Below are positions 1 through 11,200 of a DNA stretch of 64,000 bases, piece after piece. The notes beneath the pieces are model-generated. The model was not told the DNA's origin and made no database searches. It saw only the letters and a program-made list of their open reading frames with translations. Made by a program: the position numbers and the translations under genes. Origin of the DNA: a virus (Duplodnaviria > Caudoviricetes); IMG/VR virus record IMGVR_UViG_3300026522_000021. The stretch is one strand, 5' to 3'. The first letter of the stretch is position 1, and the number at the start of each line of letters is the position of its first letter.

Positions 1-430
1 ATTTGTCAATAGCTACATTTCATCTATTCAAAAATATAACTGTCCTTGGAATTTTATATCGCGATTGCTTCTTCCGCTTTTTCTTTTGTAAAGAAAACTC
101 TTTCTCTTAACCCTTTTTCGCTTGCCAAAACAAGATCAGGACTTGGCGTATTAAATCTTGTTGCGCTCAAATTCCTACTAAAACAATATGATTTCCTTGT
201 TCTGATGCTAATCTTGTACAGGCGCATTTCTTCTATATAAGGAAGATATTTATCACCGTTGTGATACATAATCACAAAGTAGTTGTTTCCGACAGTAATA
301 AGATTATCAATGCCTTCTTGAACTACATCTATCGCTTCTGTTATCCCAGCAGCATACCCTTCTTTCCATTCGGTTTGTTCGCCTACTTGACTAAGCGCAA
401 GTTTTCTGTTTAGTGTTTCTATCGCATCTC

Positions 431-1000
431 TCATTTTGTTGTGCTACCAAATCCACCATTTCTTATTCCTGTCGCATCATCATCTTCAGTAATTCCGTAT
501 GGAACAAAAATACCTTGCATGTACCCTTTGCCTTCTTCGATGTCGATAGTCTTTCCTTCATTTCCATCGTTTGTCAGTTTAGCCATAATATGACCTTCGT
601 TATCACTGTTGTAATAATCGCTGTCGATAATACCAACAGTATTATCAAGCTGCATACGATATTTGAAACCAAGACCAGAGCGAGGATAACACTGAAGAAC
701 CCATCCATCATCTATTTTTACTCTGATACCTGTCGGCATTTTGATTGTTTTGTTTGGTTCAAGATGGATTTTAAAAGGGGCAAAGAAATCATATCCTGCA
801 CTACCACTTGTTGCTCTTTCAGGGATTTTAATTCTGTTATAAATCTCCTTGATTTTCGCTTCTACCGCTGAACTATCTGGTTCATTGAAACTGAAAGGAA
901 GTTCATCTATAGTGACAAGAAACCATCCGCCTAAAGTATTTAAGAAATCATTTTTGAATTGCTCAAATGAAACTTTTTCAAACTTTGCTATTTTCTGCAT
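431..1000 (-). CDS. dut: Trimeric dUTPase
   Basis: Motifs SAGYDF, PRSGLG, GIIDSDY, RNGGFGST. Confidence 0.95.
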   Translation of the reverse strand: MQKIAKFEKVSFEQFKNDFLNTLGGWFLVTIDELPFSFNEPDSSAVEAKIKEIYNRIKIPERATSGSAGYDFFAPFKIHLEPNKTIKMPTGIRVKIDDGWVLQCYPRSGLGFKYRMQLDNTVGIIDSDYYNSDNEGHIMAKLTNDGNEGKTIDIEEGKGYMQGIFVPYGITEDDDATGIRNGGFGSTTK

Positions 1001-1007
1001 ATGTACC

Positions 1008-1193
1008 TCATTTAACCTTCACATATAATCCACAATGACATTCACCTAATTCCGTCTGCTCTCTGAATTCCTTGCAAATACATTTTGTATCTTCATTCTT
1101 GAATAGTTTGCAAGGGCAATAACCAGAATTTTCTTTTAGCTTCTTTCGTACTTCTTCTACAACTTCTTTATTATCTGATACCTTTATGCGCAT
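1008..1193 (-). CDS. Ferredoxin-thioredoxin reductase catalytic-subunit-like protein
   Basis: CPC...CIC...CHCGLY cysteine pattern of the FTR catalytic chain; adjacent to nrdG. Confidence 0.8.
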   Translation of the reverse strand: MRIKVSDNKEVVEEVRKKLKENSGYCPCKLFKNEDTKCICKEFREQTELGECHCGLYVKVK

Positions 1194-1708
1194 TAACTTA
1201 TCTTCTCTCCATACTGATTATCCGATGCAAGCATAACACCAAGAACACTATCAAAATGCTTTTCGTTATCTGGAACAAATCGACCAAACTTTATAATGAT
1301 ATTGCTATACATTGTTTGTAAGTATTCTATCTTGTCTGCTATCTCGTCTTTGTTATAGCCAGTGTATATTACGAACGTATCAAGGCATGATTCATGTATC
1401 CTAAAATGGAATAGCAATCCATTAAGCTCTTTCCACGAATCGAATGGTTCAAGTCCTTGGCAAACAATAGCTTCTGATATTGGATTTGAAATGTATCTTC
1501 TATAAATATCCTTTACAGATATTTTGATATTCGGTTCATTAACCAGTGATGAGTTGTGGCAATAATCACTCCCATCTACTTCACATTTAAAATCGCAATA
1601 CGGAAACATTATGGTCATGGATGGAACTTTGTAATTTACAAAGTCCTCATCCACAATTCCTTTAACAACCATATACTCTTTGATTTCATTAATTGTATGT
1701 TTAATCAT
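1193..1708 (-). CDS. nrdG: Anaerobic ribonucleotide reductase activating enzyme
   Basis: Radical SAM-type Cys motif CDFKC...CHN, GLEPF, YTGY, ASDNQ; downstream of nrdD. Confidence 0.85.
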   Translation of the reverse strand: MIKHTINEIKEYMVVKGIVDEDFVNYKVPSMTIMFPYCDFKCEVDGSDYCHNSSLVNEPNIKISVKDIYRRYISNPISEAIVCQGLEPFDSWKELNGLLFHFRIHESCLDTFVIYTGYNKDEIADKIEYLQTMYSNIIIKFGRFVPDNEKHFDSVLGVMLASDNQYGEKIS

Positions 1709-2369
1709 ATTTTTTTATTGGATAAATACGATTATCATCATGAAATGTCAGACCTTTATTTATGTGATATATTACGCCTTTCGATATACCATATTTATTT
1801 GCTAATTCTTGATATGACATTGTAGTATTTTTAAGAAGCTCTATTATTTCATCAGCTTGCGTAACACTTAATTTCTGTAATCCAATTTTTCTTCTGATTG
1901 GATACGAGATATTATCTTTTTTATGCGTGTAACCATGATTGACATCTGCTACAATTTTATCTGTCGTATTATATTTTCTTGCAATTTCTCTGTCCGACAT
2001 TTTAGACTCTTTTAAATCTTTGATGATATTTAGTAAAGTCAAATCTGATAATGTATTCCTTGGGTGTTCATCACCTATCATCACGTTGCAGTTTCCACCA
2101 GAAGAAATATTATAACCATTGGGTGCTATCGTATTTAGCTCCTTAATTGTTTGTATTTCTCTGTTGTCGTAGTCATCTGTCCATTCGAGAATATCAAAAT
2201 TAAAATTATCTTCACCATATTTTGATATCGCTAAATGTATTGGCAAATCGTCATATCTTGATTTTGCTCTGTTTTTATGTTCCCACCATCTTTTCTCTGG
2301 ATGGACAGATTGACCTACATATTGTTTGCCATTTACCTTATTTGTAATAACGTAAATAGCTTTACGCAT
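1701..2369 (-). CDS. Free-standing GIY-YIG homing endonuclease
   Basis: AIYVITN...YVGQS, GYN motif, C-terminal HTH repeats; lies between nrdD and nrdG, overlapping both. Confidence 0.85.
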   Translation of the reverse strand: MRKAIYVITNKVNGKQYVGQSVHPEKRWWEHKNRAKSRYDDLPIHLAISKYGEDNFNFDILEWTDDYDNREIQTIKELNTIAPNGYNISSGGNCNVMIGDEHPRNTLSDLTLLNIIKDLKESKMSDREIARKYNTTDKIVADVNHGYTHKKDNISYPIRRKIGLQKLSVTQADEIIELLKNTTMSYQELANKYGISKGVIYHINKGLTFHDDNRIYPIKKYD

Positions 2370-5235
2370 TATTAATATCTTCCCATCTTCTCATCTTGTA
2401 TTCATCTTTTCGAACTTCACTCCACGTTTTAACTGGTGTAAAAAATCCAACGATTCTGCTATATTCTGTATCTACAGGCTTTCCACAAGAAGGGCATTTA
2501 TTTCCGTAAAATGCATGGTTATTTTCACAAGCCTGAATTTTAGTGTTGAAAGCAAAATATGTAACGCCTTGATCCGCAATGTATTCAGTCATTTTCCATG
2601 CTTTTTCAAAACTATCAAAAGGCGCATCAATGTTGGCATGAAGGATTGAACCGCCGTTACAATAGTTGTCAAACATTGCCTGAATTCTTACTCTTTCCTG
2701 AAGCGTTGTTTTAATTCCAAGCGGAACAAATTGATTGCCGTAAAGAGGAAGATCGTAAATCTTTGCCTTTGGATAGAAGAATTTATCTTTCTTCATGAGT
2801 TTTGCAGCTGCGCTTTCACCGGGAATCTGTTCTGTGTTAATCTGATAATTGCATTCATATTCCTTAATGAAATCATCTGCTGTTGCTCTCATTGTTTCAA
2901 AAATCTTCTTCCCAAATTCAGATGCTTTTTCTGTATAAAAAGTATTTCCAAATTCATCTACTGTTACATAACCAAACTTCTTCATTGTTTCGTAAATGCC
3001 AATGAAGCCGATTGTATTGTAAAGATGTTCGAAGTCAATCAAACCATACGAGAAATTAGGAAGGATACCTTTTTCAACGTTCCTTGCGATGATATGTCTT
3101 ACGGCATCCAACGCGCACAAGCACACATATACTCGATACTGAAGTTTCTCAAGATATTCATCTTCTGTTTTAGAGTCGAGCGCGATTCTTGCAAGGTTTA
3201 CAGTGTTAACCTTAACAGACCCAACTTTAAGCGCCGTGCCACCGATAGAATTGAAATACCCTAAGTCCTCAATATTGCTTTTTAATCTGCAACAATTACT
3301 AAGAGAATTAACAGTGCTATCAACGAAAAGATTACTATCTGACCACTTCATGTTGTGTCTTACAGCCCACTTAGCAAAATCCTCATCAACGAATTTACGG
3401 TTCTGCCTAAGAAGAGAAATTGTAGAAACAGGGAAAGTAAACATGTTTGTGCTTCTGATTTCAGCCATGACTTCCATGTACCATTTCTGGAAATCAATAA
3501 TCTCTTCTTCATAGTCAATCATAAAACTTCCATCGGGAAATTCTGCGCCACCAAATAATGCTTCAAAATATTCGTGATCGAAAACAGATGTATTCGTAAA
3601 TGCGCTCTGCGAACCATCTCTTACATAAGGTTGATTAACCGCATAGATAAATCTCTGGAAGTTCTGTCTTGCGTAATACTTTTCGTTGTGTGATGTCTTG
3701 ATGCCAAGATAATCATTATCAACATCTTTCTTCCAGAAATAATACATGTACGGAATAATGTTCGGTAAACCAACCGCTCCAGATGTTCTATTACAAGCAA
3801 AGCTGACATATTCTTTCACAAAATCTACAAATGTTGTAAGGTGCTTTGCTGGTTCAGGATTTTGACCTTCAATAAAATAAAGACCTCTTTCTGCTAAATC
3901 CTTTAAGTCATAAGCAAAACAGTTATGTGTAAGGATGTTATTGTCAAGTGTGAATGATTCTGTATTAGGAACTACTGCACAATACACATCTTCAATCTTG
4001 CCAGTATCTTCTACAGATACGACATTCCACCATCTATCTTTTCTATTTTCTTTTTTATATGCGTAAATCCGTTCTTTGTGCTGTGGAAGTATAAAGAAAT
4101 CGCTTTTAAGATATTCTTCGGATAAAGTCAAAGTATAAATCCTACTTTCTTCGCCTGTAAGATTGCTGATCCTATCTTGATATCTTATCTCATTTACAGG
4201 CATACCCAAAACACAAAGAACATCCCTCGCAAAATTAAGATATTCGATATTTGTTGATGCTAAAGTACATCGTCCTCTTATATCTACACATCCGTCTGCT
4301 GCAAAATATCCGCTTAACCAACCATATAGATAACTTGGTGCTTCTGATAATGATGGCAAGTCATTAAAGTATCTAGGACATAAATGCATTGTGTATTCTT
4401 TTTCGTTGCCACCTATGTTGGCTGGCGAAAAATATGGTATTAATGCCGTTTTTTCTCCACAGAAATTTGCTCTAGGTTTATCTGGATTTTTATAACCATC
4501 ACCAGTGAAAAAACCATGTGCAACCCCAAACGGAGATGGACTAACTTTTGTCCAAACATTAGAAGTGTTAAACGGAATTTTCATTCCAGCTTTTAATTCG
4601 TCTGTTGAAACAACAATTGTGTTGATGTCTGACTTTTTGTTTTTGCAAAACCATTTATGATTTCCTGTGACAGCAATTGTTTTAGTTACTCCATATCTTT
4701 CAAGTGTTAACATTTTTACTGGTTGCTTTCCAAAATGCTTTACTGTAGCGTCTTCCCAACCATGATTCTTATTCAAGACCATAATCTTAGAATCAACCAA
4801 TTCATCAAGCCTTTTGATTCCATAATTTGTAAGTATCTTTGTATCGCCTGTAAAACAATATGAACGAAATGTACTTGAAGGCGCATCATGCATATACAGC
4901 AATCCCATCCATTCAAATCTGAGCCAATCATTTGCTGTTTTAAATCCAAACTTCTTTGAGATTTCATAATAGATTTTGTTAAACGCAAGAAGTTTAGAAT
5001 GTGGTTTCGGCATTTCTCTTTCAAGCGTAACAATATCCTTGTGACTTACGTTCGAATTGCCATCAATGCTTGAGTCTGCCACAACTTCTTTGTCAACAAA
5101 ATTGTCAATGAAATCCGTATAACTTAATTGGTTATCATCGAAACCATTAAGATTAGCTATGTCAGTTCCAAACTCTGCCTGTAGTTTGTTGTACTGAGAA
5201 ACAAAATTCTTAATAAGCCTAATATCAATTTTCAT
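2362..5235 (-). CDS. nrdD: Class III ribonucleoside-triphosphate reductase, intein-containing
   Basis: YMHD, NCCRL finger loop, EQIPGESAA, C-terminal Zn site and RIVGF glycyl-radical loop. Confidence 0.93.
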   Translation of the reverse strand: MKIDIRLIKNFVSQYNKLQAEFGTDIANLNGFDDNQLSYTDFIDNFVDKEVVADSSIDGNSNVSHKDIVTLEREMPKPHSKLLAFNKIYYEISKKFGFKTANDWLRFEWMGLLYMHDAPSSTFRSYCFTGDTKILTNYGIKRLDELVDSKIMVLNKNHGWEDATVKHFGKQPVKMLTLERYGVTKTIAVTGNHKWFCKNKKSDINTIVVSTDELKAGMKIPFNTSNVWTKVSPSPFGVAHGFFTGDGYKNPDKPRANFCGEKTALIPYFSPANIGGNEKEYTMHLCPRYFNDLPSLSEAPSYLYGWLSGYFAADGCVDIRGRCTLASTNIEYLNFARDVLCVLGMPVNEIRYQDRISNLTGEESRIYTLTLSEEYLKSDFFILPQHKERIYAYKKENRKDRWWNVVSVEDTGKIEDVYCAVVPNTESFTLDNNILTHNCFAYDLKDLAERGLYFIEGQNPEPAKHLTTFVDFVKEYVSFACNRTSGAVGLPNIIPYMYYFWKKDVDNDYLGIKTSHNEKYYARQNFQRFIYAVNQPYVRDGSQSAFTNTSVFDHEYFEALFGGAEFPDGSFMIDYEEEIIDFQKWYMEVMAEIRSTNMFTFPVSTISLLRQNRKFVDEDFAKWAVRHNMKWSDSNLFVDSTVNSLSNCCRLKSNIEDLGYFNSIGGTALKVGSVKVNTVNLARIALDSKTEDEYLEKLQYRVYVCLCALDAVRHIIARNVEKGILPNFSYGLIDFEHLYNTIGFIGIYETMKKFGYVTVDEFGNTFYTEKASEFGKKIFETMRATADDFIKEYECNYQINTEQIPGESAAAKLMKKDKFFYPKAKIYDLPLYGNQFVPLGIKTTLQERVRIQAMFDNYCNGGSILHANIDAPFDSFEKAWKMTEYIADQGVTYFAFNTKIQACENNHAFYGNKCPSCGKPVDTEYSRIVGFFTPVKTWSEVRKDEYKMRRWEDINNA
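3922..4857 (-). mobile_element. Intein (312 aa) with LAGLIDADG endonuclease domain in NrdD
   Basis: Begins CFTGDT, ends ILTHN followed by extein Cys; internal motifs AHGFFTGDG and LSGYFAADG. Confidence 0.92.
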
Positions 5236-5242
5236 GCGTTAT

Positions 5243-5452
5243 TTATTGCTCCTGTTTATTATTTATCCAATCTACAGCCTTTTTGAAATCTAAAGCCTTG
5301 CCATCAACTTCTAACATCGGTGTAGATGTGAACCCTTTATTAATCATCAAGTCCGCATCGTTGATAATTTCGTATTCAATTCCTGCGCTTGACAATTTCT
5401 TTTCTAAAACATTACACTTTGGGCATCCTGTGCTATAAAGTACAACCGCCAT
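5243..5452 (-). CDS. Glutaredoxin/NrdH-like redoxin
   Basis: YSTGCPKC redox motif; start re-placed at MAVVLY (5452). Confidence 0.85.
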   Translation of the reverse strand: MAVVLYSTGCPKCNVLEKKLSSAGIEYEIINDADLMINKGFTSTPMLEVDGKALDFKKAVDWINNKQEQ

Positions 5453-5462
5453 TTTCTTCTCC

Positions 5463-5906
5463 TTATACCAATAAGTATTCAATTATATATGTGGCTGCAT
5501 CTGAATAATTACTTTCTGTTCTATTACATGTTTCTTTTATCCACGGATGGAGATTGCTATCTTCCCCAATGCCAATGACATATATGTATTTATCGCCAAA
5601 ACGATTTATACCCTGAACAGCGCCAAGCTCCATATGCGATCCAATAGTCGAATCAATTTCTTCAAGATTTACAACAACAATGTCACAGTCATGCAGTTGC
5701 ATCATTTCCCAATCAAGGATTTCACGCTCAGACTTGTGCATCATGTGTTCATAATTAAAGTAAAGCGGAGGATGAATAAATTTGATTTTGTCAGAACCAT
5801 CGTATTTATCCTTAATGAGCGTTTCAAGTGCCTGTCTCCAATACATCTGTTTCTCAAATGGTATTCCGCTCATTTTGCCACAAGTATATATCTTGTATTC
5901 TTTCAT
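5463..5906 (-). CDS. Nucleoside 2-deoxyribosyltransferase-like protein
   Basis: IYTCGKM, DIVVVNL, SxGSHMELG pattern. Confidence 0.7.
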   Translation of the reverse strand: MKEYKIYTCGKMSGIPFEKQMYWRQALETLIKDKYDGSDKIKFIHPPLYFNYEHMMHKSEREILDWEMMQLHDCDIVVVNLEEIDSTIGSHMELGAVQGINRFGDKYIYVIGIGEDSNLHPWIKETCNRTESNYSDAATYIIEYLLV

Positions 5907-6439
5907 GAATTCATTTCCTTAATAATCGTGTCGGCAATTTCTTTTACACTACACAGATATTTATCGTTTTTAACAACTAAATCTACTTCATCGGAAATCC
6001 CATCAAACTGCCCGACATCGCTAAGACTTCTCCGATACGCCTCTTCGATATTGTCTCCTCGCTCCAAGCACTTGATGAGTCTATCTCTTCTCGGAACATC
6101 AATATAAACAGTGAAAATATTTTCAACTCCAGACTTTCTGATAGACCTTAATCCCCTTGGTGTAAGTACGATAACACAGTTATCTTTATAATCTTCTTTC
6201 GCACTACCATAGCTCCATCCGTTATATGTCGCTGTTTCTGCAAAGAAATTCTGATCTTCGAGTGTCTTAAAATGTTGCTGATTTATATAAAAATAATCAA
6301 CGCCATCTTGCTCTCCGTCCCTTGGCTTTCTCGTAGTATAAGTGACGATTCTCTTATATCCATAGTGTTCCATAAGATATTTAGCAACAGAGCTTTTACC
6401 GCAAGCGCTTTCGCCAACAATTACAATCATTCTAATCAC
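5903..6439 (-). CDS. gmk: Guanylate kinase
   Basis: GESACGKS P-loop, TTRKPRDGEQDGVDYFY. Confidence 0.9.
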   Translation of the reverse strand: MIRMIVIVGESACGKSSVAKYLMEHYGYKRIVTYTTRKPRDGEQDGVDYFYINQQHFKTLEDQNFFAETATYNGWSYGSAKEDYKDNCVIVLTPRGLRSIRKSGVENIFTVYIDVPRRDRLIKCLERGDNIEEAYRRSLSDVGQFDGISDEVDLVVKNDKYLCSVKEIADTIIKEMNS

Positions 6440-6442
6440 CTA

Positions 6443-6840
6443 TTAAATTCCTAAAATTCCTTCATCTATCATTTCATTTAACCAACGAATTACATTGGCT
6501 TGCATATTCATATCATATTTGTTTTCAATATCATTTATATTATAGAATTCATCAAAATAGTAACCGCACATCCCACCAAAAGCTGTAAAATCACAATCTA
6601 TCTCGTTATTATCTTTATTAAATCCAATCCAAAATTCATCTTCGTCATCATATTTACCTGTTAAATTACAACCTTCAAGATGACACCACCAGTTGCCATC
6701 AGGTATGGCTTCATTGTGCCACGTTTTCTTCTTCAACTTCTCCCAGTCAAGAATCTTTAAATTCTTGATGTTCTTTGGGGTAAGATTGTATTTATTAGGA
6801 TATTTTTCGATTAGCTTAAAATCTATATATCTCGACATCA
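6443..6840 (-). CDS. Hypothetical phage protein
   Basis: In-operon ORF; start uncertain. Confidence 0.55.
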
Positions 6841-6869
6841 TTACACCTTGTTTTTGTGTCCTACAACCA

Positions 6870-7685
6870 TTACTGACAAGATTTGTGACTCTCATTTTCC
6901 TTTCTGGCTAAATCAAGATATGCCTTAACATCATCTCTAGTTGGATATGCGCCACAAGACATCTTGCCTTCAGGACACCACATCAAATGTGCGCAGTGAG
7001 GAATAAGTTCTTTTGAAAACTCTTCATTAATCTGTGCAACTGCTTTCTTCATCATAATTGCAAGTTTCTGAATCTCTGGCTGTGCTCGATTGCAAAGCCT
7101 TTTGTGCATAAACTGAATTAGCGCTTCAGGCGTAAATCCAATGGTAAGTGTAGAATTTGTTGCTCTCGGTAAAACAAAGTTAACACATTCATTTACGCGC
7201 TTCGAATCAATGTTGCTATTATCGAGGATACCCTTTAACTCGCTTCGTGCGGTATTGATTGAACGCATTAGAGCATCATAAACAAGTTTCGCCTTTTGGT
7301 TGTTCTCAATTTCTTTCGGCGTTGTATATGTAAATCCATCTTTGTCTATGTATCTGAAACTTCCCATGTTTTTAACAATCTGGTCAGGACTTACATCAAT
7401 AACTTTCTCTGAATATTCATCAAACGTGTAATTGTCCATATCCTCGAACGGAAACGAAACGCCTATCTCATGTCTCATGCACTGTTCTGCCGTGCCACGA
7501 TCAACATCGGTAATTCTGAATTTGATATATTCGCATCTGCTACCGCTCATGTGACCACTTTTCTCACATGACTTCCCTACTCTTTCCGCATACTTTTCGG
7601 GCGTGTCATAACAAGTACATGCAAACACACCATGATTTCGATATAGATTTTTTAATTCTTCTGGATTGATAATCTCGACTTTCAT
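6870..7685 (-). CDS. thyX: Flavin-dependent thymidylate synthase
   Basis: QCMRHE...SFRY, RLCNRAQPEI motifs. Confidence 0.85.
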   Translation of the reverse strand: MKVEIINPEELKNLYRNHGVFACTCYDTPEKYAERVGKSCEKSGHMSGSRCEYIKFRITDVDRGTAEQCMRHEIGVSFPFEDMDNYTFDEYSEKVIDVSPDQIVKNMGSFRYIDKDGFTYTTPKEIENNQKAKLVYDALMRSINTARSELKGILDNSNIDSKRVNECVNFVLPRATNSTLTIGFTPEALIQFMHKRLCNRAQPEIQKLAIMMKKAVAQINEEFSKELIPHCAHLMWCPEGKMSCGAYPTRDDVKAYLDLARKENESHKSCQ

Positions 7686-7759
7686 TCGACCTCCGAATTA
7701 TCTTGTATTATTTATTTATCAATATTGATGTGATAGCCTTCTCAAACTACCACACCATT

Positions 7760-7788
7760 ATATTACCACATTCGTTATTTAATGTCAA
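7760..7788 (-). promoter_or_regulatory. SigA-type promoter upstream of thyX
   Basis: TTGACA-17 nt-TAATAT with TG extension. Confidence 0.7.
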
Positions 7789-8246
7789 TTATTATTTTGC
7801 ATTATTTTAACGGCAGATGTAAACCATGTTAACGGTTGGATTGCTTCACTGACAGCATACTCATCGCCTTCAAGTTCTATTGCGAAACCACCATCGCCAT
7901 ATAGATTGTCTGCCTTAAATGTTCCTATGCATTTTGAAACGCCAAAGAACAATGTTAGCGCATGTTCTGCGTTCTGAGCTTCAACAATATATAGAAATGC
8001 CTGATGTTCGCTAAATTTAACAACAATATACTTTTTCATTCTATCCTCTGACATATCTGATTTTCTTTCCATCATCGAATTCAACAATGATATTGTCTGG
8101 TATGCCATCTTTAGCAGATGTATACGGTCTATATTTCGCAGATATCATCTTAATGACTTTTCTATGTTTGTGTTCGCATTCTTCGGCTTTCTTCTTATCA
8201 GCAAATTGCGTTCCGCAAACTTCGCATTGATACATTTTCAACTCTT

Positions 8247-11200
8247 TCATATGTTATTAATCCTTTTGTATGATGTAATCCATAATTCTGTAGTCCCTTC
8301 CACTGGAACAAATTCGCCATCTTCATTCCTTTTCATCTTTGGCTTATTGCGACTTCCAGATATCATGACAATATCGCCTTCTTTGAGTTTGTTCTTGTTA
8401 AATGTTTTTCTATCAATTTTGCAGTCAAGCGTATTACCATGCTTCAGAGAATACATTTTTAATTTCGGTGCATATTTTGTGTCAAGTGATACCACGCAAG
8501 CCATGCCACTGTACCTATCATCTACGATGTCAACATATCCAAGGTGGTCTATTTGCGCTTGAACTTTATCCTTTAACGTTCTTTTTGGACAATGTATTTC
8601 TCTCGCAACAATGGTTAACAGCTTTCTGCTATCTAATTTTGTGAACATTTTGGGTGATTCTTTTTCGGAACAGCTTCTAACCAAATCTATATTAAACCCT
8701 TCTCTTTCAAGAATATCCTTTTTAATTTGAAGCCTACCATTGAAGTAATCAAAGTATTCATATAGTTTCATTAGATAATTAGCATCGCCGAATTCATCAA
8801 AGAAATCAAGCTCAATCAAAATTCTTAACTGCCTTGAATTTAATGTGGTTTTATTGCTCAGATCGTAAAGCAAATCAATAAACGAATTATATTTGTTGTT
8901 TCTAAGTTCGTACATTTCATCGGCTACTTGCGCATTCATATACTTGATTGAAGCTATACCTTTGAATATTTCATTGGTTTCTTTTGAAATGCTATACTTT
9001 GAAGATGAATGTCTGAACTTGATTGGCTTTAATGCAATTTTGAAAAACTTTAATTCATTTATCAGCTTAAGTGTTCTTTCATTATCATCCGCATAGTAAT
9101 TAAGTACGGTCGTATAATACTCAAGTGGATAATGTGATTTCAAATATGCACCATATAAACTATCATATGCATAAGACAGTGAATGTGATGCATTGAATGA
9201 ATATCTCGCAGCCTGTTCAACTACAGTCCATGTTTCGATAAATCCATCCTCTGTACCTACGCGCTTTAGCCAACCTTGCAACAATTTGCCTTTTAAGTCT
9301 GCAAGCTCCTTTTCCTTGAATTTCTTTTTTGCTATCTTCTTAATGATATCATATGAACCAGTTTCTTCTATACCAAGCCAAATCAGATATTTCATGATTA
9401 GCTCCTGATAAATCATTCTGTGTTTGCCTTCGACAAGAATATTGTCAAGCTCTTCAACTCCTGTCGTGTACGGTTTTCTGTTAATGAAATCATCAAGCAA
9501 GCTTGCACATCCGGGGCGAATGATGGCTACAAATGCAGACATTTCAGATACGCTTTTAGGCTTATACTTTTTTACAAGTCCTGTGGCGAAATCACTATCA
9601 GCTTGATTAATCGTACATGTTAATCCATTTGCATAGATATCATACGTTTTATCGTCAAGAAGTTTATCAATTTCACGGATGGTAGGAATTGGTATACCAG
9701 CAAGCTCACATGTATCTTTTATGATTGCCCAAACTGTGACAGATAAATACCTTTATACCCTCGGTTTCCCGATATTTATTAGGGGAGTAGACTATACCAT
9801 GTACTTTATCAAGTACCGCCCATTATAGTCGTTGAAGGTCTTTCAAGCAATTTGTGTAAATGTATTATATTTTCTATCTATATAAACCGTGGCATCTTTA
9901 TATAGTAGATTAAATATTCTCTCAATATCTTGTTTGCATGACGTTACACAAGTGAATGTGATATCTGTTTCTTTAACTGTTTTCGTATGTAAATCAAAGT
10001 ATTTTTTAATGAAATCAACAACATTTTGCAATCCTGTGTATCCAAGATGATACTGTGGTTTCTTTAAATAGTCATATTTATAAATTTGTATACTTCCGTC
10101 ACCATCGAACATCCCTCTTACGAAATGGTGCAATAATGATTCTTGAATACTTTTTAATATTTTGTCTATGTCAAACACATAACTTTTTCTATTATGAAAG
10201 CCGTATCTTCTAAGTGTATCGCAAATAGTTTTTGACGTAATATTAAGATAATAGTTTCCATACTTATCTTGTTTTATTTCTTTGTTGGATTTGATTGCCT
10301 TTTTATATTTTTCAATAATATCTATATCTTTCATAGTAAGCATAATTGCATTTCTTGTAGAAATATGTCCGTCTGCAAGTAGCAATCCTAAAAAGTATGC
10401 CTTTTCCTCTGTGTCTATTTTATCGAAAAAATGTGTATCAACTTTATAAATGGCGTTATGCCTTTCTTTATTTAAATCAAATCCCCATTCTTTAAGATGA
10501 TTGGCTATCGTTGTATTCCAACAATTATATAATTTTGCGATTTCACCAGTTCTCATCCCTTGATTAACATACATATCAATTACTTTATCTTTTTCTTTTC
10601 CCCAAAATTCTTTGCCTCCATTGCTTTTATGCAAATAATTTTAACAACTCCTTTGCCACGGAGTATAATGCTTGAAATTTCCATGCTGATTGCCCATTGC
10701 ATAAACACATAGGATTTCTCCATATGCCATCCTTCAACTTGTTTCTACTTTCGTTCCATATAGGCATGAAGGCTTTAGGGTTTCCCAGCAATTTAGAGCG
10801 TTTTCACTTCCATATTACTATGAAAGGCGACTATTATATTTAATCGTTTTTTAAATATTTATATTTATCACAGTTATAACCATCTAAAAGACAGCATATT
10901 TTTTCCTTCGTGTGAACTAAACCAAGCTCTTTTCTAACTGGTTTGTTATATAACAACATACTGCATGGACTCTCGGATATGCTTTCAACAACACCAACAA
11001 ATCTTTGACTTTCCTCAATGAGCTTCTTCCATTTAGGATTGTCTCGATAACTATCTAAGTCTTTAGCAACATCATCGTATTCAGCAATATTCTTGCCAAT
11101 ACCCTTACAATATACTCTGAACGCAGATGAGTCTTGCAATGGTTTCCATGCTATCATCCATGCACAGTTTTCAGCGCCAAGCAAATCCTCTGTAGCTTTT

